Shown here: positions 53,276 through 64,000 of the stretch, piece after piece | How the letters are laid out: every line of letters begins with the position of its first letter | How positions within the stretch are numbered: position 1 is the first letter of the stretch | Assembly: GCA_963693365.1 (NCBI GenBank) | Contig: CAVNZM010000002.1 | Span: 4,232,259 to 4,296,258 of the forward strand | DNA length: 64,000 bases | Direction of reading: 5' to 3' | Source of the DNA: Amoebidium appalachense | Lineage: Eukaryota; Protista; Ichthyosporea | Program-made: the position numbers and the translations under genes | Notes under the pieces: generated by a model | The model's input: the letters and a program-made list of their open reading frames with translations, nothing else | What the model was told of the DNA's origin: nothing | Databases searched by the model: none

Positions 53276-53756
53276 TTTATTAATTTTATGACGAAGAAAA
53301 CAGAATCCAATTTGCGAATCTATTTACGGCGCCATTAAAGCCAACCAATAATAATGAGGTATGTTTTGCGAGCAATTTATAACATTCCTGCATACCTATC
53401 TCAGTGAGGCACGTTCGAAACCTCGGGAGTCGGAGAGCAGGCACAGCGAAACGCAGTGAAGGCACATGCATCTCTCTCTCTCTCTCTCCCTCCCCCCCCC
53501 CCCCCCCCCTCCCTCCCTCCCTCCCTCCCTCCCTCCCTCCCTCCCTCCCTCCCTTCCTCCCTCCCTCCCTCCTTCCCCCCTAACTCCGGATCCCTCCCTC
53601 CCTCCCTCCCTCTCTCTTGTCAAAAAAAAAAATTCCTCTGCAGGCATGCGCATGGGGGAGACAATATCTACAACGGTGGCCCTTTCATTTCAACGTTCAT
53701 GCGTTTATATGCATGAAAGCCTGACAGACAAGAAAAATACCAGATTTCGTGTTATG

Positions 53757-53819
<63 letters not shown>

Positions 53820-54195
53820 GTGTGTGTGTGTGTGCACGTCTATGCACGGTGCGTCTGTGTGTGTATGTGTGTGTGTGTGTGTGACGTGTGTGTGCGTGTG
53901 TGCACACCTGTGTGACGTATGTATGCGTGCGTGCGTGTGTGCATGTGTGTGCACGTGTGTGTGCGTGTGACACTGTGCGTGTGTACATGTGTGTATACGT
54001 GCGTGCATGCGTGCGTCGCCGGGCGCGGCGGCGTGCATGTGTGCGTGTGGGTGGTTGGGTGTACATGCATATCTGTGGCCGTGTAGCATGTGGTACGGTG
54101 TATGCGTATGTGTGCTCCCTGCGAGTGGGTCTGTCTGTGCATTGATATGCATGGGTACGCGTGTGCACTTGTGTGTATGTGTGCATATCGCATAT

Positions 54196-54311
<116 letters not shown>

Positions 54312-54561
54312 CGTGTGCTGGAGCCTGAGTCATGGCCACCTATTACACTAGCTAATGGGTCCTCGAGCTCTAATATTATCTGTGTATCAAATGCATGTAC
54401 GGAGAGAGAGATTTCAGCACATGCTTTTGTAGGTGCTTGCAATGTGCGCCACGCACCACTGTGCATACGTGTGCACACATCCCTGCAGGTTTGGCTGACT
54501 GCTGGCATGTATAGATAGGAGGGGGTCGGTGGGGTGATGTGTGTGTGTGTGTGTGTGGGGT

Positions 54562-54595
<34 letters not shown>

Positions 54596-55326
54596 GGAGG
54601 AAGGCAGGGGAGGGAAGAAGAGGGTTGTGGTCAGGGAAAAGGGGCCACTGCAGGGAGAGTACTTGTCGGCTGCACCTGAGACATGGCTATGATTTATGTG
54701 GAAATCAACCCAAGTTGTTGATATATGTATTTCAAATTGTTGAATCAGATATGTACTGTATCATCCAAAATACCACATTTGGCAACACAACACAGCTGAA
54801 CTCTCTATTCTGCATCCGCAATCTACACCGTTACATACTCCAACCACCCCGCACTATGTACATGCACAGCCTGTGCTGCACAATTGTACCCCTAGTAGCC
54901 ATTGATCCACCGCACTCCACGTTTGCGTAAAAAACAGCAGCAGCATCAAAAAACGACAACAAATCGATCATGCTCTGCTCCCGGCAAAGAAAACTTGAAT
55001 TATTCAATATAATAATGGTAATAATAAAAGAAAGGAGGCTGGATATCCGATTAAAAAGGACGTCATCCCCCCCCCCCCCCCCCCCTTTTTTTTTTTTTGC
55101 CCCCCGTTCTTTTTTCCTTTTTTTCCCCCCTGAATCACACCACACGAAAGGTTGTGAGCGGCAAGGACCAGCTGATCAATCATTTGTCACGCTTAGATTT
55201 TCTTGGGGGAAGAGAAGAAAATAAAAAAGGAATCTACGGTGAAGAATGGGCACAGACTCTCTCAAGAAGATAATCGACACGACAATCGTGGATATCGATG
55301 CCGGCTATGCTGGGTTTGGGGTTGGC

Positions 55327-55627
55327 TCAGGGCTTCTTGACAACCACCACGGGGCACTGTGTGTGGGTGTCATAGACATCAGTATGGGACTAGCATCCAT
55401 AAACGCACACACAAACATGCACACACACACGCGCACACGTGCGCGCGCAGACACGAGCACATTTACGTACATACACACACACACACACACACACCTCACG
55501 CACAAACACAGGCACACAGACAGAAACATGCAAGGATATGGACATACACATGCACACAGAGAACATATGCGCACACATGGATATCCAAGCACACACACAA
55601 ACACACACAATCGAACACACACAAACA

Positions 55628-55658
<31 letters not shown>

Positions 55659-55725
55659 CACACACATATCTCTTATCGTAAATTCACCCATCTCCATAGT
55701 GACACCCACCCACCCACCCACACAG

Positions 55726-55760
<35 letters not shown>

Positions 55761-56820
55761 AAAAAAGGAAAAACCGTGAGGGGGGGGGGGGGGGGGGGGG
55801 GTAACTGAGGGAATAAAGCTCTGAACGAACAACAACATGGGAAAGAAAGTAAACTCGAAACTGGTAAAAGATACATCAAACAATGGCATTAGGAAACAAA
55901 ACACCAACAAATCCACACCGTGGAGCACTGTGTCAAAAAAAACCGTTCACTGAGATCCAGCTGAACCTAATGTGTGTCTTCTGCTTCGCCAATAAATATG
56001 CATCACAAAACGCCATAGCTCTTGAGTGTAGGTAACGGGACATGCATATGTGCGATTTTTAATTGTTATTTTTTTGGGGGGTTGCTTTTTTTTGCTTTGC
56101 CATGGTTGTGTCAGCCAGTGTGATGCACGGGGGTGTACCTTTGCATTGTGCACACAGTAGTCGCTTACACTGCCGATCAGAGCCCTACAACAATGACTAG
56201 GATTAGTATCCCCCCCCCCCCCCCCCCCCCCCGGGCGCTCCCTCCCTTGCCTTGCTCTGCCTCCAACCCTCTCCCTCCTTCTTCTCTTCCTTTTTCCCTT
56301 ACTCCACCCTTCTCCCCTTCCGGCCTCCCCTCCCCCCTCCCCCCTTCCTCCTCCCCTCTGCCCTCTACCCATTTACCCTTTCTGATTGTTGGTGTGAGTA
56401 CATTGAATGGCTGCCGGGATGAAGGAGGTATTCGCAAGGAGATTCCTCCGGGTGTGTGTATGTGTGTGTGTGTGTGCGTGGGGGGGGGGGGGGGGGGGGG
56501 GGGGAGGGGGTATATGTATGAGTATGACGGTGTGCGTGTTTGCGATAGGTGTGAGCACCGTTGTATTTATCACATCGGAATGACGTAGCGGTGGTGGCGG
56601 CAGTGGTGGTGGTGGGAGGGATGGGGGGGTGGGCGTGGGGGAGAGATAATGAATGCGTCTGAAGGTTGGGCTACCATAGAGGCAACACCCTCCCTCCCAT
56701 ACATACATACACACATACACACATACATACATACATACATACACACATACACACACACATACATACATACATACATACATACATACATACATACATACAT
56801 ACATGTGTGTGTGTGTGTGT

Positions 56821-56856
<36 letters not shown>

Positions 56857-57022
56857 ATCATGACAATGAAAATAAAAATAACAGGGATAAGACGAAGACA
56901 ATGACGCACACATAAAGGCAACAGATGATGCTTGAACACAGCCCATCATCAGGGGGATTACTATGCCCGGCTACGTGTGGAGAGGGGAGTGGGGAGGGGG
57001 GGGGAAGGACGAGAGGGTGTGG

Positions 57023-57054
<32 letters not shown>

Positions 57055-57274
57055 AGAGACTATATGGCATACCTCTTGATAGCACCCATGCCTCGTGAGC
57101 CCAGGATCAGCGTTTCGATCTTCTTCTCGGCTATAAACTCACAGATCACAACACGGGGATCACCCATGGCTAGCTCGCACGTGTGCGGAATCTGCCACAG
57201 TGCAACTGCCTGAGTCTTTGTATCCTACTACCAAAACCCCCCTCCCACCCCAAAAAGCTATTTTTGCAAACCCG

Positions 57275-57326
<52 letters not shown>

Positions 57327-58282
57327 ACACACACACACATACATACAAGCACACACTATATCATACCACCACCACACACACAACCCCCACCCACAGCACC
57401 AATAATTACCACAACAAGCATAAAGAAAAAACACATAGTCACCGACCAACCCCCCCCCCCGGGACTAAGGAGGGGCAAAAAACCACCCCCGGCTTTACTC
57501 AAATCAGGGCAATCCCCTGAACGACTACACCTATGTAGATTGCACTATGGCTCTAAAAATACCGTCAGGATTGAGAAGAAAGGGCTACACCTACCCCCCC
57601 CCCCCCCCCCCCCCCCCAAACACACACACACACAAAAACACACACACACCACTTCCCCCAAACACCTACCCACCCACCCACCCCACCTCATGCACACAAA
57701 CACACAGACAATTCTCGGCTGGGTGGGGGGGGGGCTGGGAACGAAGGCACAGGATCCCATCCACACAGGAACCCCCCTCCCCCTCCCCCCCCCCCCCCCC
57801 CCCCCCCCTTTTTTTTTTATGGGGGGGTTTTTTGGTTTCCTTTTCTTTTCTTATTAGATTTTTTATCTTTCTTAGATGATTTTTTTTTTTTTTTTTTTTT
57901 TTTTTGGGGGGGGGGGGGGGGGGACACCCACGCCTCTCTGTGTGCAGACTTGGCCGTACTCTTTAAGCAGTGTCCGTGCCGACTCCATGTCCTGACATCC
58001 AGCCAATCAGAACAAACAAAATTAAAGGAATGCAGGGAGAATATCAGGCACGTGATCACGACAATGAGGGTCATAAGTAAACTGCAAGAAAGAGAAAAGA
58101 AGAAGGAAAAACTGTCAATAAGAGGCATAATTGAAACAATGAGAATGAGAATGAGAGAAACCACGAGGGGTTACGGAAATGAATGTGTGAGTTGCGAAGG
58201 AATCGGTGGTGGTGGTTTGTGTGCGTGTTGTGGGGTGTGTGGGGGTGTGGGCGGGTGGGTATGTGGGTTTTTTTTTTTTTTT

Positions 58283-58313
<31 letters not shown>

Positions 58314-58503
58314 GTTGAATGTGATATAGAGTACGAAGTACACATTGATAACGGAAAACACCGAGCAAAGTGCAAGGGGCACACACAGAGTATGCATCAT
58401 AAGTAAAGTCCATTCTCAAAAGGAACCCAAGCCATCCACAGTACCCGAGTTTCGACCCATTCACCTCGTGTACGAAACCCAACTTTTTTTTTTTTTTTTT
58501 TTG

Positions 58504-58560
<57 letters not shown>

Positions 58561-58744
58561 TGATGCATTAGGGGGTTGGAATTATGGAAGTGGAGGCATC
58601 AAATGACGAATACAAAACATCCCACAACAACAGAAAGGGAAGGGGGGGGGGGGGGGAAGGTGTAAGCAGAAGATTCTCACCTGCTCACGTAGCTGCTGGA
58701 ACACATCAGGGGCTGCAATTCAAACAAGGTGAGTATCTGTGCTG

Positions 58745-58795
<51 letters not shown>

Positions 58796-59716
58796 CTCCC
58801 ACAAACAACACACACACAAGGGACAAACACACAAATGATTTCTCTAATACCCTCATCAACCCCTTCGCAGATATTGGGACCAACACATGACTGCGACAGG
58901 AAAAACAACAAACAAGCCCAACAAGCCGGACAAAAAGCCCCCCCCCCCCCCCCCCCCCCCCCTCCCCCCCCCCCCCCCCCCCCATACACACAAACCACCA
59001 CCCCCTCCCCTCTGCTCACCGCCACCACCACCATCAACTCTCTTAGCACAGGAACACCATGACTTCCAATGTAAATTGAAGCACAACGGTGGACTCAGTC
59101 CCCCAACACCCCCTTCACTTACTCGCTATTCTTTCACCATCACCCTTTGGAATCTCTCAAATGCCAATCTTAGTCGCCGCCTTCAGCAAAGTACTTGGCT
59201 CATTACAGAAGCTATTCTTCCCCCTCCCCCCCAAATCAAGAGTCTTTTGCCTCAATGATCCACATTTTGCCACACAGCCTCAATATGTAACACCTCTCTC
59301 CTCTCCATCAAGACTTCCGCAATATCCAACCTCGCTTTCCCTCTCCCCACGCACCGAGGCGAACAGAGTTCCCTAACGCACCTGACACCCATCGCCACAA
59401 CCCCCACGTTCCACCTACCGACCCATCACACCCCACCCCCATCCCAACCGTCCCCTGCGTACTTGTTCCCTCAGCACTCTCCTCCCCCGCTCCCCCTCCC
59501 TTTCTTCCACCCACCAACTCACAGCCATGCAACTAGGACCTACGTACTTGTTCCAGCCAGGGCGGAGGTGCTGTAGTGTGTCTCCTGGGCATAGAGCACG
59601 TACAAGTGGTCGCTGGGCCGCAAAAAGTTGTCCAGCCCCCACGTGAACGCATACAGACTGTGCTCCGACCGGTCCACGGCAAGAAGAAGCTGACGGGAAC
59701 CCTCTGCGCTGGCCAT
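55327..59716 (-). CDS. Universal stress protein (UspA-like, ATP-binding type), 6 exons, 151 aa
   Basis: Exons 59716-59548, 58712-58681, 57991-57932, 57191-57073, 56184-56139 and 55356-55327 splice in frame (456 nt). Motifs: LLLAVDRSEHS, GDPRVVIC, LILGSRGMGAIKRALIGSVSDYCVHNAKCPVVVVK. The ATG follows a CAG, so an upstream exon is possible. Confidence 0.93.
58315..58483 (-). repeat. Copy of the dispersed intronic element in USP intron 2
   Basis: Matches 16400-16575 over ~165 bp. Confidence 0.8.
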
Positions 59717-62298
59717 CTGTGCATAGGAACAGGAGGGTGTGCCCCATGTCATCGATGATTGTGTAAAACAAACCAGTCACAAAGGTGTTAAGAGGGAGTA
59801 TGCTCTATTGTAAGGGCGTAGAGAAGGTGAACTGAACCGAAGAAAGCACAAAAAATGGCGACAAACGACCAGAAAATATCAGAAAGCACAGCAAAACCTT
59901 GATACCTTGTATCATAAGTACCTAGCAAACCCACATACCCTCTCAAAGAAAGCCTGCAAGTAACACATGGATTCCATAAGGGAAAGCGATCGGTGACTTG
60001 GAAGCAAGGCACGACTTAGTGTGCATTGAACACATAAAAGGGGAACATGAAATTCACGCAAGGTATCGGGTGGGAGAGCACAATAAATATTGAAGTGGAA
60101 AACCGCTTAGACTTAGTGAGTAAAGGGGGGAAAAAAGAAAAGAAAAGAAAAAGAAAGAAAGAAAAAAAAAGGCCATTTCAAGTTGCTGATCATGAGTAAG
60201 CTTTAAGAGTTGTCCCATGCACGCAGGGAAAGATGCAGTGTGTTTGAAGTCCCCACACACGCACACGAGTGTCGTACCGTTAAACTAGAAATCAATAGCG
60301 GTTGAAAGGTGGGTAGTCCTGACAAAGATGGTTAAATGAGCAAGTTGAACGTTAAACCCTGTTTGAAGGAGTGAAGGTCTTGAAAGTAGAAAAAACTTCG
60401 AACACTGCACTGACACCGGGAGGCTCACAACGGCTCACCACTGACAACAGAAACTGATGGAATTCCAGACGTCACGGTAACTAGGTACTGGTACAGCGTC
60501 GAGTACTCGTTTTACCCATATATGGTAGAATCGCGAGATCCTGTATGTTCAGTGAGCCTTGGCACCCGGCGAAAGACCTAGGTATAGAAAGATCACATCA
60601 CGTAAACCGTTAAAAGACAATATATTTGATATTGTTTCACCAAAATAAAAAGACAAACCCAATAACCATAACCCTATGTGTGTCTGGGCCCTAAATGGAG
60701 GGGCTGCGCATGCAGCCCCCCTAACCCCCCTAACGACTCCATTATGTCGCTCAAGGTTCCGGGTCGAATGGTTCTCCCCTGATTATACGTCATGGTTACG
60801 TCATAAAGTCGTGTTTTGTCCAATCAATCGAGGTCCATTTCTGCCTGGTACTGCTTCTGCTGGATCCCGCGGCGGTGACGCCGCGTCGGGCCAGCTGGGG
60901 GAGGGGACTCTGGCTCGGCGCGGCGTCTAAAGAAGGGAGGGGGTGGGTGGGTGGATGGGTGGGTAGTGGTGGTGGTCGGTGGTTGTGGTGGTGGTGGTGG
61001 TGGAATGGTGGAAAGGCAGTGGAGGGGGGAGGGAGGGGAAGGGGGGGGGGGGGGGGGGGGGGGGGAGGAGGAGGAGAAGAGATTACACTGAGTGCATTGA
61101 TTCTCAGTGCCCTGTAGACGATACTCGTTTTTGCACCAAGGCCTCCTAGATACAATGTATCTAGCCTGGAGGCCATGTTTCACACACGTCATCGATTGGA
61201 GAAACGTTCACTAAGGCTTGGCAACTGGACGCATGGGTTGTTAACATGTGGTATACGTATAATAGACGCATCACTTGGTAGTCACGGCGAGATTGTGGTT
61301 AGTGGCCTACCTCAACAGGATTTTGGTTTTGTCACGTAGAAATATAAATACAAACAGGAACATTTTGTCACTGTTTTTGCCACCCGAGTGAAACATCTTG
61401 TCATCAAGTTGAGCGCTACTCTAGATCTTAGCAAAGAATATATGCACTCACAGAGCTCTCGTGCCGACATGCAAACGCACACGTGCACAAGGAGAGGCAC
61501 ATACGTAGCTCAACCTCACCCACACAACCTAAAATTGGCTCATCTCTGCATCTCCTTCATGCATAGCCTTCCTCTGCGTACTCCTGTGCCAGTGTATATG
61601 CTTGCTTGCCCAACTGGCCCCCCCCCCACTTCCCCCCCCCAACCCCCCTTCCCCCCCCTCATCCTCCCCTTCTGCTATTCCGCCTTACCCCTCTCCCAAA
61701 ACGTGTTGAAGACGTCATGATTGCATCCATTGGTGTGCTGCGGGGTTAGGCAAAGTAGTGTGTGTGCTTATGTGTTGTGTGTGTTGTGTGTGTTTCCCCG
61801 CCTCCCCTCCCCCCCCCCTGCCCTTGCCCCCGCCCACCGCCACCACCACACACACAAACACAGAACAGGCAATCCCAAATTCTGAAAGCCCGGTTCGGAA
61901 AGCGTGCTTGCCCACTGCACAGTTCATTTTGAAACTCTCAACCACCAGAAGTAAACGAAACGAATCTTGGTATTTACTCTGTGCATGAGTTAACAAGGGG
62001 ATGTGGTGATCGACCAGGGGGAAGGGAGGAGGGAGGAGCACTGAAACGACAGCTAACCAGAACTTCTCATAACAAAAAGAATCAGAAATTATCATAAAAA
62101 TGAAAATCATCGTATGGTTTCTGGAAAGGGCCGGAGGGGAGCACTTGAACAGAGCGCACCACGACTCGGAGGGGAAACCAGGTAGACTGAACGAATTCGT
62201 AAAGGAAGAAGGAAAACGTTGTGTTTCAAAAGGTCGAAGAGTTGCAGGGAGTACTAGTGGGAAGAGGTAGAGTTTTCTTGCTTTTCTTCCTTCACGGT

Positions 62299-62329
<31 letters not shown>

Positions 62330-63488
62330 AAAACTATACAATCACTCAAAGCGCAGCTCGGTGAGAGCCTGTGGCACAGCAACCCGTGCCAAAGGAACTC
62401 TACCAACAGTGCCAACCAATCACCGAACAAACCTGTCGAAAAAAGTTCTCTTTGATAGGCACGCTGCCCACACACGAGCGGCCAATGATACGAGCAGTTG
62501 GTAAAGCAAGTCACGACTTCCCAGGCAGTTGGAGATTAATGTGGAGCGGCTGTGTACTACTGCTTTTGCACACACAGAAAGGGAGGTTGTACAAGTGTGC
62601 GAAATGCCACACACACATGCCCGCATAAATCCATCAACATGCTGTGGCATTACTGCGACAGCCGTAGAGTAGGGGTGGTATTTGGCTATTTTCTGTATTT
62701 AGCTCAGAGTTGCTTGTGTCGGCGAGGATATTGATGGCATAGCAAAAGCCTAGCAGTATAACACAGTTTTCACTACAGGGTAATGAAGTAGTAGAAATAA
62801 AACTCCAAAAACGAAATTCTTAAACAAAACTAACGTTACTTAGGTCAGCTGTCAGTGAGAAACCGCCTTGGTGTTCTGCTGGTTTGTTTCCTTCGTCTGT
62901 TTCTAGAAGTGTCGACCACATGATCTTTTTGCTTGCTGCAAGCTGTGTTGCTCTGTCTCCAATCGATCACATCATTTACCTAGCAAAGAGACAGGAAGAA
63001 AACAACTACATGGGTATATGCGTAACAGAAACTAGGAAAGCAAAATTAAATAAAAGACAAAAATGTTCAAGGGAGCGCACCAACGCCTCCGTTTGCACGG
63101 AGTGGGTGACATGACTGAGGACAGAGAGAGGAGTACGTGCTCTCCCGAAGAGCCAGCAAGACACGGGCACAAGGCTTGTCTGAAAGAGAAACAAAAAACC
63201 CAGCGCCTCAGGTGAGCCTATGCTGACTGCATGCCATGGCGCTTTATATACCGCCGGGAAATGCCCTTGGAATTTGATTGTGGGACAAATCTTGACAAGA
63301 GTTGCCATATATGGTTAATCCCTCTCTCTCCCAGTGGCACCCCCGGTAGGCTACGGCTTCTTACCCCCCCCCCCCCCCCCTGTTGCAGGCCAAAATGTCG
63401 TCCAGGCCATAAGTGTTGTCATCTCTAATTAAAATCCAGGTCGTCAAATTTGACTGGTCTAGGGTGAATATCGGGCAGGCCAAAATGC

Positions 63489-63521
<33 letters not shown>

Positions 63522-63675
63522 TACTACCCTGGGTGACAGGGGGGTCAGAGGGTTTGTATGACGTGGTGGGGGAAACACAATGTGTGCGCGGCGGGGGGGA
63601 GGGGGGAGGGGGGGGGGGGGGGGGGGGGGGGGGGTATAAACAATTATTGTCGTGGCCTTATATTAGCTTATGACA

Positions 63676-63890
63676 TGTGTTGGGGAAAAAATCTTGTCTA
63701 CTGTTACCAGTTTTTTATCATCTTGGTGCAAATGATGTATTCGAGGGGGACCAGGGGGGGGGGGGGGGGGGGGGGGGGGGGTTGTGGTATAATCACTATA
63801 GTGTCCTGAGCTTGTTGCTTTGTGTGTTGGTCGAAAAGAAATCATGGCCACTGATAGCAGGATTTTACCAACTTGTTGCAAATGGTGTAG
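63676..63890. repeat. Degenerate direct duplication (~65-bp core)
   Basis: TGTGTTGGGGAAAAAATCTTGTCTACTGTTACCAG...TGCAAATGATGTA versus TGTGTTGGTCGAAAAGAAATCATGGCCACTGATAGCAG...TGCAAATGGTGTA. Confidence 0.65.
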
Positions 63891-64000
63891 TATCATGTGT
63901 TTTGTATGTATTTATCGCCATTGCATTTACCTTACAGAAGCCATATTACTTACACCCGATTATGATATAGTCGTAATCATCTTGTATTCTTAATCATTCT

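Noticed and set aside
60780-63400. Possible additional spliced gene at the right end
   Set aside because: Some GT-AG-bounded open segments exist (e.g. ~61420-61311 minus), but neither strand, phase chain nor product could be supported.

Overview
Eukaryotic nuclear DNA from an intron-rich genome whose introns are packed with (CA)n and poly-C/G tracts. Most ORFs in the supplied track are low-complexity artefacts. Three genes could be spliced by hand into open frames: a 9-exon LPAAT/PlsC-type acyltransferase (+), a 2-exon CAP59/GT69-like glycosyltransferase (-) and a 6-exon universal stress protein (-). The window also holds two unidentified multi-exon genes (-) and a tRNA-Leu(TAG). Mobile DNA comprises three copies of one APE-RT LINE family, a fragment of a second LINE family, a solo LTR with a 5-bp TSD inside a LINE ORF2, a TTAA-flanked MITE and a second TIR element. 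Three observations stand out. (1) A ~150-170 bp dispersed element has about 10 copies, all in introns or putative introns, all sense to the host gene and mostly ending in a C-tract, and it appears to have seeded a 44-bp minisatellite. (2) The LINE has no terminal poly(A) and no TSD; its A-tract sits in a hairpin loop ~200 nt inside a sharp 3' end. (3) The CAP59-like catalytic exon has no introns and is a candidate horizontal acquisition. All calls come from manual reading; no searches were run.
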